Below are positions 23,876-32,000 of a DNA stretch of 32,000 nucleotides, piece after piece. Under the pieces are notes generated by a model. That model ran no database searches and was not told where the DNA came from. It worked only from the letters and a program-made list of their open reading frames with translations. The DNA is from Caedibacter taeniospiralis (GTDB taxonomy: Bacteria > Pseudomonadota > Gammaproteobacteria > Francisellales > Francisellaceae), in contig NZ_PGGB02000005.1 of assembly GCF_002803295.2 (NCBI RefSeq), forward strand, positions 30,059 through 62,058, written 5' to 3'. Both the position numbers and the translations under genes were made by a program. How positions within the stretch are numbered: the stretch's first letter is position 1; every line of letters begins with the position of its first letter.

Positions 23876-26095
23876 ATGAGATTAAAAACAATAGCTCAAG
23901 TAATCGGTAGTACACTACTGATTTCATCGGTTGGAATGGTAAATGCAGCTCCAGCTTCAGGTGATTATGTGAATGATAAAACAAGAACATTTACCAATAA
24001 TTTTGTGCAGCGCATTATCAAAGACATCAATGGGATTTTGTGTATTGGCAAACAAACGCTATATGATCAATTCACAGGACAACCCGCGTATCTTGCGCAA
24101 GTGGATATGAATGTCTGTGGTATGGGTGAAGGGGAAGATAGCACAACACCAATGCTCATGAATGTGGTGGTAGACTCAGCTAACACTAATAACATCCAAA
24201 CCGTTAAAATGTGGTTTGATGGCGTGCCAGCAGGAGAGAATGGTCAGAAAGCCTTTATTGAGGCTAAAATGGTGATTACTGCAACGCCTACAACTACCAA
24301 CCCTTACGGAGAATTTACGTTCAATTACATAGGTCATCCCGTGAATGATGGGGTAATTAATGCCAATCAAACCCTAATGAAAGGAACGATTTCAAGTAGC
24401 GTAGATCCTGCTACCAAAGTAGCATCGCTAAAATATTATGATCAGTTTGGTAACGATGGAACCAATGATGTGATCAAAATAAACTTTGTCGATACGGGAA
24501 ATGACACGGGTTATGGCAGGTTTGATATGAATGTTGGAGAAGGTCAGTTTAGTGATGCTATGTTAGGCACCGTCGCTTTTAATGCCACCTATTTGGAGAA
24601 TCTAGTCACTAATGCTCAGGGAGAAAATGAGCTTTGTTATGATAGAACCGATTATAACAGTCATGTGTATGGTTATGGACTATATAATGCGGATGGATCG
24701 CGCGTTGGCAGACGAGACTCAGGTTTCCCCGTTATCTATACCAAAAATGGTGAAGAATTCCACGGCTGGCTTGGCTTCCATGGCTTATGGTTAGGTGGGG
24801 TGAGCTTTGCTCATGGCGATGCCATCGAGAAAATTAACATCCAAACGGACACTCGCGAATCAGGCACACTCGTGGTTTCCAGTGGACGTTTGATGCAAAG
24901 AACAGTACAAAGAAAAACCTTGGCGAATTTAAATGGCATTGATTTGATGTTTTTCTATATTACCCCGCCACAAGAAGGGCAGGAAGTCAAAGACATCCTA
25001 CGTTGGAATAGCAACACCGAGACATTCTCTAAAGTCGCTGAAGAAAGCTGTTCGCCAGGGTCAGGTTGTCAAAGAACCAATGTTTCTCCTGCTGTCGAGC
25101 TGACAGCGGACCAAATCAGAAGCACCTATAGAGGCTGGCAAGGTCAAGGTAATGAGCCTGGCTTTGTCGATATTATTCTGCCTGGCATGTCAGGGGGTGG
25201 TTTTACGCAACTGCAAATTAAGGCAGATAATGGCGCTACCATAACACCAACCAATGAAAGCGGTTTAAATATCTGGACTGAGAGCATGGTAGCTCCAACC
25301 TCGACAGATGAAATACTAACATTGCGCTGTTACTTTGACTGTCCCATGTGGAATGGCTCAGCATGGGTCCGTATGAATCCTTCCCCAGCTGCTGCTGTAT
25401 ATAGAATCAATAAAAATATTAATACAGCAAACGGCTACACTTTACTTGCACCACAGTCGTTTGACTCCCAAACACCAAGCGTTGCTTATAAGGCAACTCA
25501 AGGTCAGAATTTAGGCATTCATGAGTTGTTTGATAGTGCCATTACCCAAGGGGATATACATCAGTTATTCGATGGCACGATTGCCACCAAATACTCATGG
25601 CGCTCAAGTGACAATCCCTGGGATAAATATATTAGCTTTAAAGATAGTGCTGGCGTCATTGCAACATTTTCTCCGCCATTACAACTGGTTTATAATGATG
25701 ACGGTGGTGAGCATTACATAGAATATCAAGGCTTCCGCCAACTGCACATTCCAGGGCAATGCTACACCAGAGCGACACACGAACCAACGCGTTGTGGAGA
25801 AGGACGTGATATTATCTGGGAACCTGATTTTACCATACCCAATGGCACGCAATTAACCTCTCTTGATAGCAGTGACACCAATGCGTATTTTGTCAAACAG
25901 CTGGATGTGTCACAAAACCTGATCCCACTCTCAGCAGGAGCTGAAAAAACGGCATGTATCAATGCCTTACAATCTACCATGGTATCGGCAAGTGCCTTAA
26001 GTCTGCCCAGTGTTTCAGATTGGAGTGTCCCAAATCTGGGTACAAAACCCAGTGCAGGGAATATTCCTAAAGTCATTGTGGGTGTGAAGCAATAG
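23876..26095 (+). CDS. Hypothetical secreted protein (739 aa), no recognisable domain
   Basis: SD AAGGAG lies upstream. The Sec signal is MRLKTIAQVIGSTLLISSVGMVNA-AP. The composition is Gly/Asn/Thr-rich and beta-like, with closely spaced Cys pairs (CSPGSGC, CYFDC, CYTRATHEPTRC). Confidence 0.7.
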   Translation: MRLKTIAQVIGSTLLISSVGMVNAAPASGDYVNDKTRTFTNNFVQRIIKDINGILCIGKQTLYDQFTGQPAYLAQVDMNVCGMGEGEDSTTPMLMNVVVDSANTNNIQTVKMWFDGVPAGENGQKAFIEAKMVITATPTTTNPYGEFTFNYIGHPVNDGVINANQTLMKGTISSSVDPATKVASLKYYDQFGNDGTNDVIKINFVDTGNDTGYGRFDMNVGEGQFSDAMLGTVAFNATYLENLVTNAQGENELCYDRTDYNSHVYGYGLYNADGSRVGRRDSGFPVIYTKNGEEFHGWLGFHGLWLGGVSFAHGDAIEKINIQTDTRESGTLVVSSGRLMQRTVQRKTLANLNGIDLMFFYITPPQEGQEVKDILRWNSNTETFSKVAEESCSPGSGCQRTNVSPAVELTADQIRSTYRGWQGQGNEPGFVDIILPGMSGGGFTQLQIKADNGATITPTNESGLNIWTESMVAPTSTDEILTLRCYFDCPMWNGSAWVRMNPSPAAAVYRINKNINTANGYTLLAPQSFDSQTPSVAYKATQGQNLGIHELFDSAITQGDIHQLFDGTIATKYSWRSSDNPWDKYISFKDSAGVIATFSPPLQLVYNDDGGEHYIEYQGFRQLHIPGQCYTRATHEPTRCGEGRDIIWEPDFTIPNGTQLTSLDSSDTNAYFVKQLDVSQNLIPLSAGAEKTACINALQSTMVSASALSLPSVSDWSVPNLGTKPSAGNIPKVIVGVKQ

Positions 26096-26353
26096 CTTAC
26101 AATGCTTTTATTATGTAAGGCATATGCCTGACACTGTTGAGTGTTTAAGCCAAGAGTCAGAATGATATATTTTAAGTTGAGTCGTCGTGATCAATCATCC
26201 CTGAAATCAGCATCAGAAGCTGATACCTTATTTCCCTTGGTTTTGTGTGATTTCTAAACTTTGCCAATGCCACTACTATCTGTCTGGTGTTGAATATTGT
26301 ATGATTGCGACATTTGTTGCAATCCTCCAGTCTAAGGCAAGTCTTTTAGTTTT

Positions 26354-27160
26354 ATGTCATTAAGTTATCAGCACATTTATCACGCGGGCAACCTTGCCGA
26401 TGTGCATAAGCATTTATGGCTGATTGCTATTGTGGATTATCTAGGGAAAAAAGAGAAACCGTTTTTCTGGTTGGATACACATGCAGGGCGTGGAGTTTAT
26501 GATTTAAATAGCATAGAGGCGCGAAAGACCAAAGAGGCGATAAATGGCATTGGCAGACTACTTGGTACCATGAGCGTCAGTAATGATCCGCTGCTCATTC
26601 AATACAAGGGTTTGATTGATGGTTTAAATGAACATGGTCTTCAGTTTTATCCTGGCTCATGCCGCCTAGCGGCAAGTCTGTTAAGAGAATCTGACAGGAT
26701 GTGCGCGCTGGAGTTGCATCCTCAGGAAGTTGAATACCTCAAAGTTGCTATGCGTGGATTGAAACAGGTGGCAGTAAAGCATGGTGATATGTTAAAATTA
26801 TGGTCGTCATTTTTGCCGCCAAAAGAGCGTCGAGGTGGCATGTTGATAGACCCAAGTTTTGAGATTAAAACTGAGTATGAGATTCAGGCAAAGCTCTTGA
26901 TAGAAGCAACAAAAAAATGGTCAACAGGTGTTTATATGCTCTGGTATCCGCTATTGCCTCAAAGGCGGCATGAGGAGTTGAAGAATATCCTACTCAATGC
27001 GCAACTGAATATGCAGATAGATGAATGGCAATTTCAACATCCTGCTCAGGCAGTGGGTATGTACGGCTCGGGGATGGTTATCGTTAATCCGCCGTATACT
27101 GTTTACGAAAAAGTGCGTAATGCAATACGCGAGCTTGAGAGTGGTTACAATCCTAATTGA
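26354..27160 (+). CDS. rlmJ: 23S rRNA (adenine2030-N6)-methyltransferase RlmJ
   Basis: The blocks MSLSYQHIYHAGNLADVHKH, LDTHAGRG, YPGS, IDPSFE, LWYP and VNPP follow the E. coli RlmJ (YhiR) sequence block by block. Confidence 0.85.
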   Translation: MSLSYQHIYHAGNLADVHKHLWLIAIVDYLGKKEKPFFWLDTHAGRGVYDLNSIEARKTKEAINGIGRLLGTMSVSNDPLLIQYKGLIDGLNEHGLQFYPGSCRLAASLLRESDRMCALELHPQEVEYLKVAMRGLKQVAVKHGDMLKLWSSFLPPKERRGGMLIDPSFEIKTEYEIQAKLLIEATKKWSTGVYMLWYPLLPQRRHEELKNILLNAQLNMQIDEWQFQHPAQAVGMYGSGMVIVNPPYTVYEKVRNAIRELESGYNPN

Positions 27161-27210
27161 AGTGGACGAAAAGAGGCTCGCTAATTTTTAAGTCAAACCC
27201 AAGAAAACTC

Positions 27211-27239
27211 TGGTTCATGTCACAAAAATACGTTAGAAT
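27211..27239 (+). promoter_or_regulatory. Candidate sigma70 promoter for the rpsP operon
   Basis: TGGTTC-17 nt-TAGAAT, about 80 nt upstream of the rpsP ATG. Pattern match only. Confidence 0.3.
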
Positions 27240-27318
27240 GCACGCGTTTTTGTCCTTTGACAAGGTCGAAAGGCAAATTCTAGAGCAACAATAACTAAAT
27301 AGAATCTGGAGAAGTATT

Positions 27319-27579
27319 ATGGTCGTAATTCGTATGGCTAGAGGTGGCGCTAAGAAACGTCCTTTTTATAGAATCGTTGTGACTGACAGCCGCGCTGCGC
27401 GTGATGGTCGTCATCTTGAGCGTGTTGGTTTCTTTAATCCCTTAGCCAAAGAACATGAAGAGAAAGTACGCGTTGATCTTGCGCGCGTTGATTACTGGGT
27501 TGGCACTGGAGCGAAAATGTCTGATCGTGTGACTTATTTAGTCAAAGAAGCACGTAAAGCAGCACTGCCACAAGCTTAA
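27319..27579 (+). CDS. rpsP: 30S ribosomal protein S16
   Basis: [21 protein letters not shown] is the canonical S16 N-terminus. SD GGAG lies upstream. Confidence 0.97.
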   Translation: MVVIRMARGGAKKRPFYRIVVTDSRAARDGRHLERVGFFNPLAKEHEEKVRVDLARVDYWVGTGAKMSDRVTYLVKEARKAALPQA

Positions 27580-27611
27580 TTCAGGTCTAAGCACTTAAGT
27601 GCTTAACGCTT

Positions 27612-27653
27612 AAAACGCCAATCTACGCTCGTCGAGATTGGCGTTTTCGTTTG
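27612..27653 (+). terminator. Rho-independent terminator/attenuator between rpsP and rimM
   Basis: AAAACGCCAATCT-N10-AGATTGGCGTTTT is a 13-bp stem followed by TTTTCGTTT. Confidence 0.75.
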
Positions 27654-27696
27654 GTGGGCTTAAATAATAGGGGTTGGACTATCTTTCTGCCCACAA

Positions 27697-27719
27697 GGGC
27701 GTATTCAATACGCCCCTAC
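27697..27719 (-). repeat. Single REP element
   Basis: The minus strand reads GTAGGGGCGTATTGAATACGCCC, a GTAG head followed by an 8-bp palindrome. The design matches the REP pair at 3951-4035. Confidence 0.6.
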
Positions 27720-27777
27720 GATTGTTCAAATGAAAAATGGGCTGAAATTCTGTCAAAGCCTAAATATAGAAGGTTTT

Positions 27778-28302
27778 ATGATGCCACAACAGACTAATGA
27801 CAATATGATCGTAATCGCTAAGGTTGGAGCTCCTTACCGCTTAAAGGGTGAGCTGAAGCTTCACGTTTTAAGTGACTCAATTGAAACAGCGCTGGCTTAT
27901 GGGCAATGGTTTATCAAAAAAGCAAACGATCGAACCTGGCAGCCATTGAAGGGAGAAACGGTCAGTAGAGTTGGTGATAAATTGATTATTCAATTTACAG
28001 ATGCAAACGTGAAAGAAATTGCTGCTAAATACACCAATGCGTTAATTGCGGTACCTCGTTCGGTGTTAAAAGAGACAGCTGAAGATGAGTACTATTGGGT
28101 GGATCTAATTGGTATGCAAGTGATCAACCATGAAGGGCAGACATTTGGTCAGGTGGTTGACATTTTAGAAACAGGGGCTAATGAAGTTTTATGCTGCAAG
28201 CATCAGGATAAAACTTATTTGATTCCCTTTATCAATGAGTATGTCCATGAGGTTAATCGGGGTAGTAAAGTCATTACCGTTGATTGGCAGTATGATTATT
28301 AA
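27778..28302 (+). CDS. rimM: 16S rRNA processing protein RimM
   Basis: The ATG at 27778 gives MMPQQTNDNMIVIAKVGAPYRLKGELKL, which carries the RimM N-terminal G..G.KG motif. It sits at the conserved position between rpsP and trmD. Confidence 0.9.
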   Translation: MMPQQTNDNMIVIAKVGAPYRLKGELKLHVLSDSIETALAYGQWFIKKANDRTWQPLKGETVSRVGDKLIIQFTDANVKEIAAKYTNALIAVPRSVLKETAEDEYYWVDLIGMQVINHEGQTFGQVVDILETGANEVLCCKHQDKTYLIPFINEYVHEVNRGSKVITVDWQYDY

Positions 28303-28316
28303 AGCTTGGGTTTAAG

Positions 28317-29108
28317 ATGGATTTTGCTGCCATTACCATTTTCCCAGAAATGTTCGCTGCCATTTCGCAGTTTGGCGTTTCCGCGCGGGCATTTAATCTG
28401 GGCAAGGCGAGCCTCCATACTATTAATCCCAGGCAGTTTGCAACGAATCACTATCAAACGATAGATGATCGACCTTTTGGTGGGGGACCTGGGATGGTAA
28501 TGATGTATGAGCCGTTGCAAAAAGCCATTTTTGCAGCCAAAAAAAGATTGAATAAGCCCGCTAAAGTTATATACTTGTCGCCGCAAGGAAAACCGTTGAC
28601 GCAAAAGCGTGTTAAAGAGTTTGCTTGCGAAGATGCTTTAATCTTGCTTTGTGGTCGTTATGAAGGTATCGATGAGCGCTTGATTGAACGTCATGTTGAT
28701 GAAGAAGTTTCAGTTGGTGATTATGTTTTAAGTGGCGGTGAATTACCTGCCATGACTTTGATTGATAGCATTGTGCGGCTGTTGCCAGGTGTGCTAAACG
28801 ATCAGAATTCAGCTGTTGAAGATTCTTTTTACGATGGTTTACTGGATTGCCCACATTACACAAGACCTGCGACGCATATCGAAGCAGGTGATGTGCCAGT
28901 GGTGCTTTTATCTGGAGATCATCAGAACATTCAGCAGTGGCGACATCAAGAAAAGCTTAAACGTACTTTTTTACGACGTAAAGAATTGATTGAGTGCCTA
29001 TGTCTATCGAATGAAGATAAACAATACATTGCGCAGCTTGCGCAACAGAAAAAACAACAAATCGTGATAGAGAATGCACAATTAGGAGAAAAGAAGAATG
29101 AAAAGTAA
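28317..29108 (+). CDS. trmD: tRNA (guanine37-N1)-methyltransferase TrmD
   Basis: [14 protein letters not shown]-terminus, plus the blocks [23 protein letters not shown] and [11 protein letters not shown]. Confidence 0.96.
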   Translation: MDFAAITIFPEMFAAISQFGVSARAFNLGKASLHTINPRQFATNHYQTIDDRPFGGGPGMVMMYEPLQKAIFAAKKRLNKPAKVIYLSPQGKPLTQKRVKEFACEDALILLCGRYEGIDERLIERHVDEEVSVGDYVLSGGELPAMTLIDSIVRLLPGVLNDQNSAVEDSFYDGLLDCPHYTRPATHIEAGDVPVVLLSGDHQNIQQWRHQEKLKRTFLRRKELIECLCLSNEDKQYIAQLAQQKKQQIVIENAQLGEKKNEK

Positions 29109-29445
29109 ATACTTGGAATTAGTTGAAAAAACGCAGTTACGCACTGATTTACCCGTTATTTACCCTGGTGACTCAGTCACTGTAAATGTATGGGTGAAAG
29201 AGGGCGATAAAGCGCGTATTCAGGCGTTTAAAGGTTTTGTGCTTGCGATTAAAAATCGTGGCATTAACTCAGCCTTTACCGTGCGTAAAATGTCATCAGG
29301 TGAAGGTGTTGAACGCACTTTCCAAACGCACAGCCCAATTATCGATAGCGTCGTTGTAGAAAGGCGTGCTAAGGTGCGTCGTGCCAAGCTTTACTACATG
29401 CGTGGACTTACTGGTAAAGCTGCAAGAATCAAAGAAAAAGTATAA
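29098..29445 (+). CDS. rplS: 50S ribosomal protein L19
   Basis: Motifs PGD.V.V.VWV.EG.K.R.QAF.G, SAFTVRK.S.GEGVER.FQTHSP and TGKAARIKE. It overlaps the trmD end by 11 nt, and SD AGGAG lies upstream. Confidence 0.97.
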   Translation: MKSKYLELVEKTQLRTDLPVIYPGDSVTVNVWVKEGDKARIQAFKGFVLAIKNRGINSAFTVRKMSSGEGVERTFQTHSPIIDSVVVERRAKVRRAKLYYMRGLTGKAARIKEKV

Positions 29446-29452
29446 TTTTAGG

Positions 29453-29480
29453 GGCTGGTATTGCCAGCCTTTTTTGTTTT
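29453..29480 (+). terminator. Rho-independent terminator of the rpsP-rplS operon
   Basis: GGCTGGTATTGCCAGCC hairpin followed by TTTTTTGTTTT, 8 nt after the rplS stop. Confidence 0.85.
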
Positions 29481-29613
29481 AATCCTTAGGGATGCGGTTA
29501 TCCAAAATACATTCAGCTTGCTTGGTACTTTACTGAATATGGGGGTGATAAAGTAGTTTTGAACAGTGCAAACTGTTATACTTTCCCTCTCTTGAATTTC
29601 TTGGTTGAATAGC

Positions 29614-31209
29614 ATGAAAAAACTTCCCATTGGTATTTCTGGTTTAGAGAAAATTATCACCGGCAATTACGTTTATGTCGATAAAACTAGACATATTGCT
29701 GAGCTTGCTCACGGTGGAGGAGGGTATTATTTTCTCTCTCGACCACGACGCTTTGGCAAATCCCTTTTGATCGATACGATTAAACAAGCGTTTCTAGGCA
29801 ATAAAGATCTGTTTAATGGCTTGTACCTGGAAAATAACTGGGACTGGGATGTGAGCTATCCTGTGCTGCATTTCACCTTTGGTGAGGGCAATGCCGCTGA
29901 CCCTGAAGCACTAGATGCAAAAATCACCAAATTTTTGGATGCTTATTATGAAAGCTATCAGATTCAAAATATCTACGATGAAATCAGTAGTCGCTTTGCT
30001 TATTTGATCGAACAACTTGCTCGTAAAAGTAATAAGGTCGTGATTTTAGTCGATGAGTATGACAAACCCATTTTAGACAATGTTGACAACACCGAGATTG
30101 CCAAGGCAATGCGCGGGCGTCTTAGAAATTTTTATAGCGTGATTAAATCCCAGGATGTGAATGTAAAATTTGCGATGCTCACAGGTGTGTCAAGATTTAG
30201 TAAAATCAGTATTTTTAGTGAATTGAATAATTTAAAAGATATTACGCTGGATAAACGCTATGCGGATATTTGCGGCTATAACCAGAGTGAGCTAGAGCAT
30301 TCATTTAACGCTTATTTGACTGAAGGACAAGTTGATCTTAAGCAACTTAAAAAATGGTATAACGGCTACAACTTCACAGGCATAGAAAGCCAAAAGGTCT
30401 ATAACCCATTTGATATTTTGTTATTTATCGATGGCGATTATCAGTACCAGTCCTATTGGTTTGAAACGGCGACACCGACTTTTTTGGTCAAAATGATCGA
30501 AAAGAGTCGTTATTTTATCCCAGATCTTGAAGATATTGTTGTCGGTGAGGAGATCTTAAAAACTTTTGATATTGAAACCATGCCGATTGAAACCTTACTG
30601 TTTCAGACAGGCTATTTAACGATTAAAGAAATCACGAGCCGTGGTCAGACAATAGCCTATCGCTTAAGCTACCCTAATTATGAAGTCAAATACAGTCTAA
30701 ATAATGCATTAGCGGTTATCGCTTCTAATCAAAGCGTTAAAAACATGCTGATTGATCGCATGCTTAATGTATTGGAAGGGGATGATTTTAAGCGTCTTGA
30801 GCTGCTGCTAAGTAGCCACTTCGCCTCCATTCCACATGACTGGTATCGCAATAATCAAATTGACCAGTACGAAGGGTTTTATGCGAGCGTTGTGTATAGT
30901 TTTCTAACTGCTTTGGGATACGACACGATTCCTGAGGATGTGACCAATCACGGTAAGATTGATTTGACGATTATAATGCACGATAAGATCGTGATTATCG
31001 AATTTAAACTCGCTAAGTTGGGGGATGCTAAAAGTGCTATTCAGCAGATTAAAGACAAAAAATATGCGGAAAAATATCTCAGTATCAATAAGCCTATTTA
31101 TCTCATCGGTATGAGTTTTGATCCGATTGAACGCAATGTTATGGGTCTTGCGGTTGAGCACTTTATAGCTAAAAATACAATGAAATATAAGGATTGTGAT
31201 GGAAGTTAA
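29614..31209 (+). CDS. AAA-ATPase-like domain protein fused to a PD-(D/E)XK nuclease-like C-terminal domain (DUF1703-type family)
   Basis: The N-terminus MKKLPIGISGLEKIITGNYVYVDKTRHI..YYFLSRPRRFGKSLL carries a Walker-A-like RRFGKS, followed by a Walker-B-like ILVDEYD. The C-terminus has GKIDLTII..IVIIEFK, a D..ExK nuclease motif. The family assignment is from memory of predicted AAA-ATPase/PDDEXK_9 proteins. Confidence 0.75.
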   Translation: MKKLPIGISGLEKIITGNYVYVDKTRHIAELAHGGGGYYFLSRPRRFGKSLLIDTIKQAFLGNKDLFNGLYLENNWDWDVSYPVLHFTFGEGNAADPEALDAKITKFLDAYYESYQIQNIYDEISSRFAYLIEQLARKSNKVVILVDEYDKPILDNVDNTEIAKAMRGRLRNFYSVIKSQDVNVKFAMLTGVSRFSKISIFSELNNLKDITLDKRYADICGYNQSELEHSFNAYLTEGQVDLKQLKKWYNGYNFTGIESQKVYNPFDILLFIDGDYQYQSYWFETATPTFLVKMIEKSRYFIPDLEDIVVGEEILKTFDIETMPIETLLFQTGYLTIKEITSRGQTIAYRLSYPNYEVKYSLNNALAVIASNQSVKNMLIDRMLNVLEGDDFKRLELLLSSHFASIPHDWYRNNQIDQYEGFYASVVYSFLTALGYDTIPEDVTNHGKIDLTIIMHDKIVIIEFKLAKLGDAKSAIQQIKDKKYAEKYLSINKPIYLIGMSFDPIERNVMGLAVEHFIAKNTMKYKDCDGS

Positions 31210-31256
31210 GCGAGGTGGTTTAACCCGAATGAAAGTTGCTGGGTTTAAGTCAATAA

Positions 31257-32000
31257 ATGTCTAATTTTTGTGAAATTATTGACCAGTTTATTGATGATAT
31301 TTGGCTTTCCGAAGGCTTAAGCCAAAATACTTTGTCCGCCTATAAAACGGATTTAAATCATTTGGCAAAAGCCTATCCAAAGAGAGATTTAGTCAAGCTT
31401 TCCTTGCAGGATTTACAAACCTTCCTGACCAGGCGCTTAAGCTTGGGATTAAGTGCGCGCTCTAATGCGCGTATGATTTCAACGCTACATAAGTTTTATC
31501 AGTGGTGTTATGCACAAGAGAAAATCAGCATAGATCCAACACAAAAATTGACTCTGCCAAAATTACCTAAATATTTGCCTCAGGATTTATCTGAGGAGGA
31601 CGTCGAAAAACTGCTTGCCGCACCAGATTTAAATAGTGACCTTGGCATAAGGGACAAAGCGTTATTGGAGCTTATCTATGCAACAGGTTTACGTGTCAGC
31701 GAACTTGTCGGTTTAACTTTGGATGATGTTAATCTGCGCCAAGGGGTGGTGCGTGTGATGGGAAAAGGTTCAAAAGAGCGCCTGGTGCCAACGGGTGAAT
31801 ATGCCCTAGATTATTTAAACAAATATATCAACGAAGTGCGTGAAGAATGGTTGCAAGGGTTGAAGCTTGATAAGCTGTTTGTGTCACATCATCGAAAAGG
31901 TATTACTCGACAAACCTTTTGGCATAGAATCAAGTATTATGCTGAACTGGCAGGGATCAATAAAGAGATTTCGCCACACACCTTGCGTCATGCCTTTGCG
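31257..32000 (+). CDS. xerD: Site-specific tyrosine recombinase XerD (3' end beyond the window)
   Basis: Translation from ATG 31257 gives MSNFCEIIDQFIDDIWLSEGLSQNTLSAYKTDLNHL, then ATGLRVSELVGLTLDDVNLRQGVVRVMGKGSKERLVP, ITRQTFWHRIKYYA and SPHTLRHAFA. These blocks closely parallel E. coli XerD. It is absent from the ORF track because it is open-ended. Confidence 0.93.
   Translation, partial: MSNFCEIIDQFIDDIWLSEGLSQNTLSAYKTDLNHLAKAYPKRDLVKLSLQDLQTFLTRRLSLGLSARSNARMISTLHKFYQWCYAQEKISIDPTQKLTLPKLPKYLPQDLSEEDVEKLLAAPDLNSDLGIRDKALLELIYATGLRVSELVGLTLDDVNLRQGVVRVMGKGSKERLVPTGEYALDYLNKYINEVREEWLQGLKLDKLFVSHHRKGITRQTFWHRIKYYAELAGINKEISPHTLRHAFA

Noticed and set aside
28264-28272. The 9-mer CGGGGTAGT, identical to the repeat-terminus core, inside rimM.
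   Set aside because: It is isolated, with no adjacent CAGCAAAAGT and no hairpin modules. It lies in frame within the coding sequence (NRGSKV), so it is a chance match.

Overview
Chromosomal segment of a moderately AT-rich gammaproteobacterium. Gene order and codon style look Legionellales-like, but I could not verify this without a database search. The window runs as follows. (1) An ackA-pta operon on the minus strand. (2) A complete [NiFe]-hydrogenase module on the plus strand: hypA-hypB, hypF, hypC-hypD-hypE, a four-gene beta-gamma-delta-alpha set of the group 3b (sulfhydrogenase/Hyh-like) type, and a HoxN/NixA-type nickel permease. (3) A YciI-like gene and a ClC channel. (4) rdgC-dnaB, then bamD divergent from rluD. 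(5) About 4 kb holding three exported orphan proteins: a 422-aa protein, a 60-aa Gly-rich lipoprotein and a 739-aa Cys-paired secreted protein. (6) rlmJ and rpsP-rimM-trmD-rplS. (7) An AAA-ATPase-like/PD-(D/E)XK fusion gene inserted before xerD. No rRNA, tRNA, CRISPR array, transposase or phage genes were seen. The most striking non-genic signal is a modular repeat family bounded by terminal inverted repeats and rich in hairpins (MITE-like). It has six copies in the first 20 kb. Four of them sit at junctions inside the hyp/hydrogenase cluster, one splits ackA from pta, and one lies between rdgC and bamD. Several copies abut stop codons with zero spacing, and one supplies the last 34 codons and the stop of hypF. 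Separate classical REP elements with a GTAG head are also present. All protein calls rest on motifs read directly from the translations. No similarity search or statistical computation was run.
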